DNA of 63,951 bases, filler included, from Choristocarpus tenellus KU-1152 (Eukaryota > Protista > Phaeophyceae): the NCBI GenBank assembly GCA_964200185.2. It is 11 parts of 11 records of this genome, joined end to end, with 100 filler letters (N's around TTAATTAATTAA, not from the genome) between each part and the next. Parts side by side here need not be neighbours in the genome. Positions count along the whole stretch, not along the records: positions 37,204 to 52,295 come from CAXNAD020001063.1; 10 more parts are not named here. One strand, written 5' to 3'. Made by a program: the position numbers and the translations under genes. Below the pieces are notes generated by a model. The model did no database searches, was not told the origin of the DNA, and saw nothing but the letters and a program-made list of their open reading frames with translations. Below, one piece after another: positions 37,204 through 50,700 of this stretch. Each line of letters starts with the position of its first letter. Position 1 is the first letter of the stretch.

Positions 37204-38148
37204 GGGCAGCAGATTTTTTTCTTTGTTATAGGTAGTGTAAGGGGTGTAAGGAGTGTGTGGGGGGGGGGGGCGTGCAAATCAATAGGCAAAGGCCTGACCA
37301 CATCCTGCAGAGTAAAGATGTGACAGTTTGGTATTATTAGTATTATTGATATTGTTGTAAGTATAATAATAATAGTTACTGCTATTAGTAACAATTGGTG
37401 GGACAGAATGTTGAAAACATTGTCAGTACAACATGGCATGATGAATTCCTTTGCTTAGGGTTAGGCCCCATCATTCCGAACTTGTGTAGTAAATTTGAAA
37501 ACACAAATTAAATGAAAAGTAACAAATGTCAACTGGAAAACAGCGGCTTTCTTTCATGATTGCAAGGGGTTAAACTGACCAGTAACAGTACTGTAGTGTA
37601 CCAAAAAAGCCTTTGCTTGTATTACCACAGACAGTTTGATCACATAATATGTACACGTTATATACCAGAAAAACCTGCCTTCCTAATAGCATTGCACTGG
37701 TTAGTCCATCCAAGGCACTTCAGACAGAACAGTACAAACACGCCTGTCAAATAGCAATAAAAATATTGACTAAATAATTGGGCTACTGGTTACCAACTCC
37801 ATTATGCGGTATAGGAAACCAGAAAATCCGCTCTGTCCTTAAAAAACAAAAACCAAATCGAATTATACCCCATCTGAGATGCAAAGCCCTGTTGTGTCTT
37901 CTCAAGCAAGAAACTAATCTAATACACATACACGTACTGCTTACTGCATACTGGGGAAAAAGAAAACTATCAATCCCCTTTCAAAAGACAAGCGAGATGG
38001 AGGAAGGTGGCAAGATAACAAGAGATCCCTCAATTCAGGAGAGTTTATTCTTCCAGGGTGAGCCTAATTTATCAGGGCTATCATGTCCTCCCAGTTTGTT
38101 GACTTTTTGCTTCCAGAAATAGAGTCCCCCCCCTCCCTCGCTTCTCAC

Positions 38149-38384
38149 CTATGCAAGTGCTTTGTGGTGGCACCTCTCCATGAGTATATGTGCTGATCTT
38201 CATCCCCAGCACAAAACAAGCATACCCCAAGACCTGGTATAGGGTTTTCCCTATTATTGACCATGGGTTTCACACTGAGAAGTCCATTTTCCACCCCAGG
38301 GTTTGCCCTAGAGTCCACCCCTTGGCCATGGGGTGGAGTTCCTCCTCCAGATATTTGTGTTGGAGTGGTTCCCAGCACAAGGGC
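38149..38384 (-). CDS. UvrD/Rep/Srs2-like SF1A helicase, exon with motif III
   Basis: LFCAGDEDQHIYSWRGA matches VGDxDQSIYxWRGA; TAG acceptor, GT donor. Confidence 0.9.
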
Positions 38385-38780
38385 CTACCATGGACAGGCA
38401 TGTAGCAATCGACTCACAACTTGGATTTAAATGAAAATAACCAAACTAAAATACACATATACTTGCACTCATAAAAAAAAAGAACAAGGTGAACATGGGT
38501 CTCTCCATTATAAACACTCCTCTTTACCCTACTGTACTCTAGACAAATGCTCTTGAGATGGAGCAAATTTATGTTTATTTTGTGCAAAAATGGTAGAGCG
38601 TTTCATTCTATTATTGACAAAATAATTAACAATAATAATATGTTGTTCCTAACATTTACTATGCACACACCCCTTGGTACACTTGCACATCAGAAGACAT
38701 TACTTTAAAGCACATCATGGCACAGTCAGGCATAGGGTTTTGTTTGGTGAGGTGAGTGCGCACATGTATGTTGCTCTCAC

Positions 38781-38856
38781 CTTGAGAAGGCGATGTTGTG
38801 TGGTGCTAGTGTCTTGGAACTCATCCACCAGAATATGTTGGAGCCTCCATCTATAC
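38781..38856 (-). CDS. UvrD-like helicase, exon with motif II (Walker B)
   Basis: YRWRLQHILVDEFQDTSTTQHRLLK. Confidence 0.92.
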
Positions 38857-40362
38857 CTGACCAAACACAGAGTGTATAGTGTATAGTATATAGTAAATGT
38901 TCACAACAACAAAAAGAAAAGATTGGGATGGGTGTGGTTGATTGGTTGAAAACGGAACAGAGTTAAATTCTATTGAAGCACTACTGTTCTTGCTCTTCAT
39001 AAATTTATGTCCCCTTTCCTCAATCAATCAGTTCTTATCACTCAACTAAAAAAATAATAATAAAACTCAAGCAAACAACAAGAAACCAGCACCCCTGCCC
39101 CCCCCGCCCCCCTGCATTTTCTCACATGCCAACAAAAACCAGCAAGCAGGTTATAAGCATACCGAGCACTAGACAGGCAGCATCACCCCAAAAACACAAA
39201 CTAACAATTCCACAAAATGCATTCAGAATATGTAAAATATACCTAAAATACACCTATGCTGCATATCTTTTTGTTTTTATTAAAAAATATGCCTCGATAT
39301 CTCCACACAAGAAAATTGATTTGGAAAGTTGAATATCTACTGCATCAATCTCAATCCATATTGTACACCTATCCCTATTCCTGTTATACTATTCATACTA
39401 ATAGGAATAATGTCAAAATATTAGTGAGGGTTTAAGCTCCATTCCACCTTAGGATTGGTTTACCTCAACTGGTCCAAACTTGGTCCAGTTCATGACCCTA
39501 ACCCTATCGAACTATCATTAACACTAAAATAGAAGCTTCATATTACTAATCTGTAATTTATTTTGGGTTGATTGTGATATTTTAAAATCAGAATCGCAAG
39601 CAGTTAAAAAAAATGTTACTGCATAATTTTAGCTGAACTTTTGGCAACATGTTCAAAGTTCAAAATATATATATGTGTGTCATTAAATCTCATGCTCACC
39701 CCAAACCTGACCCCCAACCCCCCCACCCCTGACAACCCAAGATACAGATGATGCAGAGGTCAAGTAGGACATACACACACAAAATGCACATAGAGATACC
39801 CAAATGCATGCATGTAATCATCATCAACACAGAATGAGAACTGCTAAGATAGACAGTGGTGACAGGGGTTATAAGTAAGGGTGTTGAGGTCTTGTCACCT
39901 GGGGCTTAACCACAGCAGTTTGTACTTGAACCTTTGTCAAATTGAAGGGATAATGATCCATATTTTACTACTATTACTATCATTGTTATTACTATTATCA
40001 AAGTTCATGTTTTTGATTCACTATTAATTTATATTGGTAAAAAAATAAATACATGTCCATTCAAGAAAAGCAAAAATACTAATAGGTCCTGCCACTCGGA
40101 GAAGTGAGGAGGAGTGAGGAGAAGAGAGGGTGTGGTTCACACTTGGTTGTCACAATTGTGTTTTACAAGAACCATCATCACTGCAACCTTAACCTATCCC
40201 TATCCCTTACATCTTAGTTTGGAGAGTGCACCTGGCATCATGTTATGCTATACCCATATCCAAAATAGTACTAATAACAATAGCACAATCCTAATAGTAC
40301 TAATAGTAACAAAATTATCAACAAAAACAAAACAATAATATTCAATAATAGTCCATTGTCAC

Positions 40363-40430
40363 CTGGCCAGCACGTCGGGCCTTTTTGTAAACAGATCCAG
40401 CGCCAGCAGACAGAGGTCACCAAAGTCCAC
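40363..40430 (-). CDS. UvrD-like helicase exon
   Basis: VDFGDLCLLALDLFTKRPDVLAR resembles lDF.DLl....Ll...p.vl; phases fit both neighbours. Confidence 0.88.
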
Positions 40431-40993
40431 CTGGAAAAAAGTTGAGGCATTATTACATTTACACCCATAGTGGAGGTTCAAGGTATGTATCAGTAACAGC
40501 ATAAAAAAAAGAAGAAACGAGATCAGGAGAAGGCCTACACCAAACATAATGTACTTGTATAAGATAAAGATAGTGTACTCTAGGAACACTTAACATGTGC
40601 TAACATTGAAAAAATACTGTAGAGGGCAACAGCAAGAGGGCACTACTTACACATGTACTTATAGAATTACACTAGCATGTACCAGGTGCATCAAAACACA
40701 TATGATAATGGTTCTGATATGAGTAGCACATGCACACACATGCCGACCAGCAAAAAGAAAACAAGGTTCAAATCTCAAACATTAAAAAAAAAAAGTAAAA
40801 AAAAAATTAATGTTTTCAAGAACACACTTAACATACACATCCTTTCACAAAAAAAAAATGCTTGTAAGTATTAATAGTGTTTAAGAGTCTGCAGCATGAA
40901 GCGCATTACCACAGATACTTTACCAACACAGCTAGATTACAATGAGAGTACAGGGAGAAATTAGATCACCCTCCACAAGCAATTACTCTCAAC

Positions 40994-41074
40994 CTGTTTG
41001 GTCTTGGCGAGGAGATCCTGGTATACATGATATGTCCTAGCAGCCCGTTGATCTTCTTCGGAATCGAACAATAC
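40994..41074 (-). CDS. UvrD-like helicase exon
   Basis: VLFDSEEDQRAARTYHVYQDLLAKTKQ resembles Y..Yq..L; phase 0/0. Confidence 0.85.
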
Positions 41075-41124
41075 CTGAACAGGTGGGACACAGTAGGACC
41101 GTACTATCAGTGTAGTGTGGTATA

Positions 41125-41360
41125 GTGAGTACCATGCAGTACCATGAGTATCGTGCAGTATAGTGAGTACCATGTAGTACCACGAGTACCATGCAGTACC
41201 ACGAGTACCATGTAGTACCACAAGTATCATGTAGTACCACGAGTACCATGCAGTACCACGAGTACCATGTAGTACCATGAGTACAATGCAGTACCAAGAG
41301 TACCATGTAGTACCACGAGTACCGTGCAGGACCATGAGCATAGTGGAGAAGTAGTACCAG
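41125..41360. repeat. Intronic minisatellite built from AGTACCA(C/T)G units (~19-bp higher-order period)
   Basis: Repeated gagtaccatg(c/t)agtaccac. Confidence 0.9.
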
Positions 41361-42689
41361 AAGAAGAGTAATAACAATGTGTGAAGCAAAGTGAACTAGT
41401 AGCGTAGAGTACAAAAAATGGGTGCGGTTTGGATGGGTTTAGACAACTGGTCCAGCACATATGATACGTATGATTCCCATATGACATGATATGTATGATT
41501 CACAACCCCACCTCTCGCCTCCTTCCCTCTCCATGCCTTCATGTGTGTCAATGTGTGTACCAACTATGTGTATGCAACTGTGAGGTACTTACTGGTACTT
41601 ACTGGTACTACAAGTTCAGGGGTTCAAAGGTCAGAAGGAGGAGATGGGGGGTGAGTGATAAGAGTGCTAAGAGATTGACTTGAGAGGAAGTATTTTCTTT
41701 TCTTTTCTTTTCTTTTTTGTGAAGAAGAAACAATAAATGAGACAAGGCTACGATTCAAATGTAGGAAGAATGGTACTGAGTGCTTAGCACAAGTTTTCAC
41801 ATTTCACCAAAAAAAGTTCTTACATAAAAAAAACATCCAGATACACCATCAAGATATATCAGTCAACCCTAACTCCGCCAACTCCAACCATGTGCCCTAC
41901 ACCCCAGAAAACAGGGAAAACTCCTTGGGAAATGCCATGCGAGATGGACATGTCCAATATGATAATATTGAAAAGAAGTGATCCAGATCGGTCAATGCTC
42001 TAGAGCTTCACCATACCATTTATCTTGGGATTCTACCTTAAAAAAGAAAGTTGAACTCAACTTTTAAAAAACTTCACATCTCACCACATTCTTGTTATGC
42101 CCCTGTGAAAACAACACCAGGCCCAACTAAAATAATACGTATTTATCAATACTATGGGCCTTTTTAGTGACTGATGACTAACTAGGAAGTTTCCTGCCTT
42201 TCATTGACTTGGCAATAGGCATTCGGTGAAGTGGGGTATGATGGTATGACACTATGGCCAAATACCATGGTGTAAACAATTCCACAATATACTATGACTA
42301 GCTTCATTTGCAGTCAAAGTACACCACTGCCTAAACCAAAACCTCATATAAAACAAAAAGCCCAACCAGGTCTAACCATACAATTGACCCTGACCAAAAC
42401 ATACCTGGAGAGGCTTGCCAAGGTATCCCTAAACCTAATATACAAAATATTGTACTACTAATATACTACTACCCAACTTGTTCATAAAATATAGGGTTAG
42501 GGTTAATGTGAGAAAAATGGAGTATTTGCTCAAAACACCTTTTACGGAAAAAAACAAGAAAATGTTGAACGCACCACACTACAGAACAACTGCCCACCCC
42601 CTTCTTACCCCTCCTTACAACATTTCTGAGTCACCCTCTCCAACCTTGTCCCCTCAAAGCCATCCCTAATCCAACCCTTCTTGAATCAC

Positions 42690-43146
42690 CTTCCCTGCCC
42701 TCAGGTCATCAACAGTCACTCCCTCCTCTTTCCACGATGCTATCCTTGACCATGTAGAGGACACCCCCCCCTCCCCCTGCCAAGCACTTCGCTCCTTTCC
42801 AAGCCGCCCAGAGTTGGACACTACCTCCTGTACCAACGGCATCCCCCATGATCCATTCCCAGTCCTCTCTGGGTTGGATGGCCCTCTCCTCCTCCTCCTA
42901 ACCACCTCCCCTCGGCCATTGCCCCCATTTTTTCTCTTGACCATCCCATCATGCACTGATATGCCATTAAAAGGTAAATCATCTGGGATTGGTTCACAGG
43001 AGAGCATGTCTTGCCCCTTGTTGACGCTGCTGCCGATTTGCTTATCCTCCTCCTTCACCACTGTTTGTAGGGCCTGCTTCATGAGTTGTAGCTGCCCTGC
43101 TTGCCCAAGGACTGTGAAACCTTTGCCCATGGGGTTAGTGTTTGAC
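42690..43146 (-). CDS. UvrD-like helicase exon (domain 1B with long insertion)
   Basis: GFTVLGQAGQLQLMKQAL...SRIASWKEEGVT resembles FtI.D..dQ..lik...I...K; phases fit. Confidence 0.82.
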
Positions 43147-44463
43147 CTTGTAGCGTAGTAGGGTATTAATGATGGCAGGATGAGGCAGGAGAGCAGTTGG
43201 TGGACAAGTCAGGTCGGAAAATAAGAAGTGGGGGTGGGGGGTGGAAGTGAAGGGTTATTTTCAGTCCATGACTGTGTTCTTGCGGGGAAATATCTACAAA
43301 AATAACTGAAATTTTATACCAAGAAAGGGGCTATGCTAACATTCTTGCATTACAAAAATATTGACAAAAACATCAAATTTCAAAAAATAATTTGCAAGAT
43401 TAAATAGCAACAAAATTCATACTATAAAAATAACTTTCCTTTCTTGACAAAAAAAGGTATGCCGGGCAGTTTATTCTTGTATTTGCATCGTGTGCATTTA
43501 CTGGAGGAAGAGAGCACCAACTCTTCTATGCTATAATTATTTTTTAAGATAATGTTCATTGTAACTAATTACTCTTTAAAAAGTATTTAGCCTTGCCAAT
43601 AGTAAACCAGCATGCACTAACTCTGAGTACTCAAGTGTTTCAGTTTTCTTCACCAGAAAATAAGGGGGACGATTCAGTTTAACATAAACAATTTCCCACA
43701 AGGTCTTTCCAATGGAACTACTCTGCGATGAACTATATCTGGGTTATAGAGTTGGGGCTTGCAGACTAGCCACCCATGACTATATAACTGCTTAACCCGG
43801 GACTGCTAAAACAAGAATAGGGGATAATGTTGGTGTTTGAAACATGTGCGTCCAGGTGAGGTATTGTGTAGAGTAACCACCCTGCTTGTCTGTCATTTTT
43901 CCCACAACATGTTTCCATCATTGTCATTAACGATATCACAGTGGATACGCTTGAGGTAGAGGTAGAGGCGGATTAGCGACACTAAGGTGTAGCAGTATTT
44001 GTAGGTGCATTCATCAATCCCATCAGCTGGCTATGGTTCATCGTTCTTTTTTGGCATCTAATGTACAACACTAGCAAAAAAGTTTTTTCATAAGAAGGTT
44101 CTATAGATAGCACACACTCTATTTTGAGGTACACTGATTGGGAGAGAGAAGTGAAGCAGCAAGATGGATCACTGCTAGAAAGAGGTGTGGAGGGTATTAC
44201 TACATCAGTACTCACATATGGTAACACTTTGAGTCCATATTGCATTGCATCACATCTCGCCACATCACATCATGACATACCTTCTCACAACAACAAAGTG
44301 CAACCTAATTAAACAAGAAGAGGACAGCCACTGCGAGGAGTGCGAGCAGACTTCACTCATGGTCAAGTACTTTTAATAGATGTATGGCACATTTACTGCT
44401 ACATTAACCTGTGATAGTCAGACTCCATACTGTGACATCTGCAAGTACAGGAGCTGTCCTCAC

Positions 44464-44588
44464 ATGAGGTGTTGATTCTCTCGGAGGACGTTAGCAGAAA
44501 AGGAGTGGAAAGTGGCTGTCCAAACCCTCCCTGCCACCTCCTCCGGAACACCTAGGGATACTGCTCGCTTCACCACCTCCTGCGCACC
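44464..44588 (-). CDS. UvrD-like helicase exon with motif Ib
   Basis: GAQEVVKRAV...VWTATFHSFSANVLRE (TFHS motif). Confidence 0.9.
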
Positions 44589-45131
44589 CTGCACAGCAGC
44601 AGAGTTAATACAAAGAGGTCCCCATGGGATCCCATGCAGGAGGGGAGATGGTCAAAAGAGCACAAAAATAGTTGCATCTCTTGACATGGGAAAAGGTAGG
44701 GTGTATTTGAGGTCTATTGTGAAGGAGGTTGATGATTATCACAGTCCTTCTCCTCATCACATACGTCACACAAAGCTAGCGCTGTGCTCTAAAGATTTTT
44801 CAAGGAATAACAGCTGCTGTACCTCTGAACTCCAATTTGCGGAAATATTACACAAGGCTACAACCCTTCCCAACCCTCAGATAACTCACTTCCCTCAGAC
44901 GACAATGAAATGTACAAACTCAGTAGTCACATACCGCATACCCCTACAGCAGAGTGGCATTATGGATCCCAAGGATGCCATATATAAATGTGGCAATGAT
45001 CTATGTCAATAGTAAGGCAATGACAAATAGCACCAGGGATACAAAACATCCAAACCTGACTCCTGCTCCAAGTACACTACATCTCATAATGCCCACATAT
45101 AAAAAAACATCTCAAAGCTCTTGAAAAACAC

Positions 45132-45439
45132 CTGGTTTGTAAAGGAGAGAACCAAAAACCCTTCTGGAGGAACAGAATACTGTTCTCCTGTGGTTGGAAC
45201 ACCCTGAGCACTGGGGTGATCTTTGCTCAGGAGGTCCCCATGTCCATGTCCATCTCCAGACCCCCCACTATAGTCCATCCCCTTTTGATCCTCCACCACT
45301 ACCCACCCATGCAGGAGCCTAGCCAGCCTAGCAGCCAGAGTGTGAGTCTTCCCAGTCCCTGCTCCTGATGTGAGAATGACAGCTGGGGCTTCGGGATCCA
45401 GTGACACGCAATCCTCTTGTGCAGGGTCGTGACGAAGGT
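45132..45439 (-). CDS. UvrD-like helicase exon with Q motif, Walker A and motif Ia
   Basis: HDPAQEDCV...ILTSGAGTGKTHTLAARLARLL...PEGFLVLSFTNQ. Confidence 0.92.
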
Positions 45440-45849
45440 CTTTGAATACACAATTTGCGTTGCCACAAAAGAAACACCATTAAAATCAGTTACTGAGATT
45501 GTCAACCCATGATTATTGGTCAAGGATAGTTCAGATAGGTTGGCGAGGGTAAATCCAAGCATAGGGGGCAATGCTGACAAATGGACAGTTGTAATACAGG
45601 GGACTGCATGGGACCATAGTATATGTGATGTGGTATGGAGAGATGTGGCACAGTATAACAATGTATGGCACTGATGGGATGGCAGAAGATGGAGAGGATT
45701 GCCAGGGATGGAAAGGTGAGGTAAGATTGAGTATTCTCACGAGTAACAGGTAGGAAACACAGAGACAAGCTAAACTACAAATTTCAACGTCAGTCCAGTC
45801 AACTATGCACACATAGTAGCTGGTGAGAACGTTCATGTGGTTTGAATTT

Positions 45850-47990
45850 TTCCCTGCTGTCTGAAAGACCTACGACCAAAAGCTATTGCTACTGGACATG
45901 GGTTTGGAGAAGGGTGGCTCCTACAACCCACCTTGGATTGTTGGAAAGCGACCTCTAGCTGACCCATAGTCACCATGGTCCATCGACAATGCCTTCACCC
46001 CTACATAGAGGGAATACGGATCTCTCTTCAAAGGGGTGCTCGGGATGTTGTTATACAATATGAATTCGACTGCTACGAAGAAATAGTCGTTCATCTGATG
46101 TACTTGACACCTATTTTCGATTCTGGGGGCCTGTTTCGCCTCAAAGTTTGGTGCGGTTGAGAATGGTTACAATTTATTCGAGTATCGACAACCTGGTATT
46201 TCAGCCCTACCAAAACAATGGCTCTTAATTCTCGAGAGGGGGTATAGCATTCATGATTTTCATCTCCTCCACTACGCATCCTTCCATCCGTTGCGATGTC
46301 AACAACTAGATTGATGTCTTGGATGGTCAGAGTTGCCACAGTCTACCGACAAGCGAGGACCACTGACACGGACTCACCACGTGATCGTGGCTCTATACGC
46401 AGCACCTGACCAGAGAAACGTCCCACGGAATGGCATCTCAATCTTCTCTTCATACTAAGTCCTCTTGAGCACGTCATCGGTTCTGTTGTCACTCCCATGG
46501 CCCCGAAAGCTGCAGGACAACGCTGGAACCAGCCTTTGTGACTCCGACAAGTTCTTAGGCCGTGACTCCTACTTTTGTGAAGCCAGGGTCCAGTGGGAGA
46601 CTTCCCTTCAATAAAAGATAGGTTTAGGCACAGGTTCAGTGCCATTAACATCGCTAAAGTGTTGGTGACCCCCATAGTTTGGTTGCGAAAGCGCAAACGC
46701 TGGGCTAGTGGAGACAATGAGTGCTCTGATTGGGAAGTGCTTTGTCGACCTCTTTGATACTTTCAGTGCTTTTTCGTCGGCCATGCCATGCAATTATTTT
46801 CTGGCCGATTACCCACAGTCCGTCTTGGTTCCCCTGACTTGCAGGGGCGGGGTATAGAACAACGCAATCAGCGATGGTTCAGGGGAAACCTTCAATATCA
46901 ATATTTCATGGATGGATACGAATAGATTTGAATTGAAATGGAGTCATACGCCATACGAATACGATGGTGGTGTTCGAGAAAAACATCAACCAAAACACAA
47001 GACTCACGTTCACAGGTTCACAACCAACCCACTACAGAAACTCTGGTGGTTGAAACCATTCCTTACAGAGAAGTGCAACGTTATCGTGATCTAGATGGTG
47101 GAGGGGTGAGGGATTAGGTAGAGTAGGTAGATTACTAGAAGTGCTGGAAGGATTTAGTACTGAGTACAATCTCAAGTACCTCCACTGAATACGGTCTGGA
47201 TTGTCAATGGCAGCACCAGTTGTCCCCTTTGGTGTTGTCATTGCTGGGCGACCAGTAATTGCAGAGTTCAGGTGAGGCATCTTTGACTTGCGATAGAGAG
47301 GAAGTTGAACGAAACTTCGTGCAGTACTTCATTTGTCTATAGCAAGTTATTGATGGCACTAAAGACGTCTCATTGTCGCTCGCTTCGATTCAGTATCACT
47401 CGCTTGGTATAAGCACACCATCTGCTTGGTGGTCTTTTTGGTGGTGAAGAAATATGCTGCAAGAACTGCTCCCCTCTTTCGGAAAGATACGAAGGAGGGA
47501 GTAAGCCATGCGATCAATCGTGAAGGTGACATCCAAGTAGGCAAATCCTTTTCCCATAGACACATTCATGCCGCTACCATGATGCAATCTCTTAGCTCAT
47601 CTATGTTGAGGTTATGGATTATTTCAAAGATATCGATGCGGTTCCTGTCGCTTGTTCTCGTCCACAGGGCGATCGACCAATCGAAGGCCGTCACGGAGAT
47701 TGTACGACCGCACGAGGTGATCAGTCGAGATCTAATGGTTTCAGGAATGGCTCCCCTCCCTGAAACAAACTCCAGAGGACCCTCAGCTAGAAGCCTTAGC
47801 AACGAACGTGATTGAATCTCCAACCCAAAGCAACGCTCGATCACTTTGAGTTGGCTCAAAACCTCGTAGGGTTGACGGTAACATTAATAGATGCATTCAC
47901 TGTGAAGTTGTGGTAACTATGATTTGAATGCCGAAGTGTTCCTTGCTACGACCAATAGTTTGCTCAGATTGCAGTTATTGTAGAAAGACC
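45850..47990 (-). mobile_element. Decayed non-LTR retrotransposon (RT to RLE-like), upstream of or within a helicase intron
   Basis: FAYLDVTFT (RT domain-7-like), then Cys/His-rich TCSRG..RRLRCHSV and LRAIVLV..YQVVD (RLE RPD..D-like). Multiple stops. Confidence 0.45.
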
Positions 47991-50571
47991 AAAGTAGTAC
48001 AACTCACGTATTTGACCTTTTGTGTAATGTGTGCTGCCACAAAACTGATGAATTCGATCTATGGCATGACTTGCTTACTCTACACACGTTGCCACGAGGT
48101 TAAGCAGCCAAGAGTGGACACAACAGCACACAGCACCCAACTCGCAATGAGGTTAACGTCCTCCTTACAAATGAAGAAAACGCCTGTCGAACCTGACACT
48201 CCTGATCCTTGCACCCTCCACCCTTGTCCCCTATGCTCCCTGCTGTGATCCCCTGCACTCAAGGTAGCAGAGCTGGTCTTTTTTCTCCTTCCCACCTCTC
48301 CAGTACCTCCTGGCCATGCCGCTGTACTTTACTACAGCATTCCAAACCTAGAGACAGGAGTATTTGAGGCCTGGTGAGTGAACCATTGTTGGGGATATTA
48401 CCCTTTTTCACAAATTTACAGGATAATGTGTAATTTAATGGTCACAAGTGATGTGTTGACAACACTAATTTCATATTTTTTGAAGTTGGTGTATCTTTGT
48501 TGATTTGCATGGGTGGTGAAACACTCTCCACCTTGAAGTTCAATTACCCTGCTACCATTTTGGTGTACCTGTTAAGGCATCAATTGTGTAACCCTGAAGT
48601 TACAGACACTGAAGCTGTTGCCAGGCTGTGTCAAGGTGGAGATTCTTGTGTGTTACTCTAGTGGACGTTTTTCTCTTTTATTGTGTGCGTTTGTGTTCTG
48701 CTTAGCTCTTCATTCGATTGGTTTAGCCAATTCAGTACATACAACAAAGCGCTCTGTGTAGGTACTTTTCAGGATAACTCGTCTCAATATCTTAAAGAAA
48801 ACGACAACCCTATCTCCCACACCCATTCTGACCTGGTGTCTGTACCTTGCCCTCCTAGTGAAAATATTGATAAGTATGTTTGTGTGTGCATCATGTGACT
48901 AAACTTGCTGCCTTGTACAAATTACACAAGTGAAACATACAAAAATTGGTTTTGTACCATAATACTACATTCTTGTTGGCAAATGACTTCGGTCCAATGC
49001 AATTTATGTTTGTTGGGTCATGTCACTTGCCTCTGTATATACATAGTCCAAATTCAACCGCCGTGTATCATCTATCAGCAATGATCAAATATTACACGAA
49101 TAAAATGTATTGACAGTGTTGAGCATGTGTTGATTCTTCTGACCCTTGTTGATCTGCTCCCCAACTGCCTGTGGGTACAGGGAACTTTTGGGAGCACTTA
49201 CACAGTCAAAGGCGTCTGGAGTGTTCCGAACTGGGTGGTCAACTCACGAACATATAGGGAGCTCACCAGTAGTGCAAATTGGCGTGTCAATAGAGAGAGA
49301 GGTGGGTGGTGGAGATAACGAGGCATGAGAGAAGTCATTTTTGTTCCATACAGTGTGGTGATTGGTACTGACTACTATCTAGTATGTGATGATTTAGTAG
49401 AATGATAGGTCGTCCATAGGATATGTTTGTGTGCGTGTGCAGTGCTATCTTTTTCGGTTGGAGGTAGGACTAGGATGTCCCATAGGGGCACACACACATG
49501 TTTGAGGTGGAAGATGTCCTGGCCGCATAGCCACCTCTTTTCAGCTCATAAGGTGGATCTTCCTACATAGTGCCACGTGATCTTAGTTGTTATGATAAAT
49601 TAAAGTTGGTGTTTTCATTTAGTGAGTGATTTGTGCTGGTTGATACTAATGTTGCTGGTTGATACTAATACCTGTTGTGTGTTGCTTATACAGTGGTGTG
49701 GTGACTCTTCCACAATAAGTAAGACATTATGATTAATGTTGAGGTTATGGTACTGACTGGATTGTACACATTGACTTCAAGTGCCATCTTTGAAGGTATC
49801 ATAGAATTTTACCTTCCAAAGTGCAGTTGCTGCATATACTTGAGTTGTGTAAGGAGGAAGTGGTGCATGCTCATGGGCACTACCATCTCCCATACCTTCA
49901 TTTAAAGGTGTCGTTTGCCTTGTAACTTTCTGGTACACCTTTCTTTACTGTAGCTAGAGGATAGAGTATATACATACATATCACTGTAGTTAGAGGATAA
50001 TATATATATGTTTGTGTGTGTGTTCTTGAGGACTACAGCATACTTGGAACTTATGTGTTCCTTTATTCTTTTTTGAGTTGGCATGAGAGGACTGGAGAAG
50101 GGTATCATAGGTTTGGGATACAAACAGTGAATAGGGGAACATATCTTGTCAATATATACGTACCACTGCATATTCAGTCTTAGTATGTGGTACAATTAAT
50201 GTAGTGATGGTGCAGGTTGAGTGGAATAGCACTGGGATAGCAACAGATGTACTCTAAACCTGAGGACTGTCAAGTTAAGTGGCTCATAAATCCCAACATG
50301 CAAGCCTCGCTCTGTTTCCTCATCCTCCCCCCACCCTAATCATGAGCCCACAGTGCCCCTGTTATCATATCTTCAGAACCTCAAGACAGGTACATTTGCA
50401 CGTATTAGCATCAACATTATCCCTGTTTTTTATTTTTGTAAATCATAGCAGTATCTCTTGATTGAAATAGAGGGGTTGGCTTTGATTATTTTATCTTGCT
50501 GTGTTGAAGTTTCATTGTAGAGCTTGGTTCTCTTTAGAGCTGATTGAATCTAAACTCCACTAATCTCTCAG

Positions 50572-50700
50572 TTCACAAAACTGTTTTGGATACATTTTGC
50601 CCAACGCCTGAAGGATGTTGTACAAAACTTGGCCTTAGAGAAGGGGGGTGTCCAGGACAGGAAGCAGTTTGCACTGAAGATAGCAAAGGATCTCTTTCAG
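50572..50700 (+). CDS. Putative exon of an unidentified + strand gene
   Basis: Open reading FTKLFWIHFAQRLKDVVQNL...KQFALKIAKDLFQ between a CAG acceptor (with ctaat branch-like motif) and CAG|GCAAG. Other candidate exons lie at ~48727-48873 and ~49181-49301. Confidence 0.3.

Noticed and set aside
41125-41360. CRISPR-like array or repetitive protein
   Set aside because: There are no unique spacers and no cas genes; it lies in a eukaryotic intron and is a simple minisatellite.
49181-50700. Protein kinase (GTFGSTY; LKIAKDLFQ)
   Set aside because: Only weak fragments; VAxK, HRD and DFG motifs were not found, and alternative frames are equally open.
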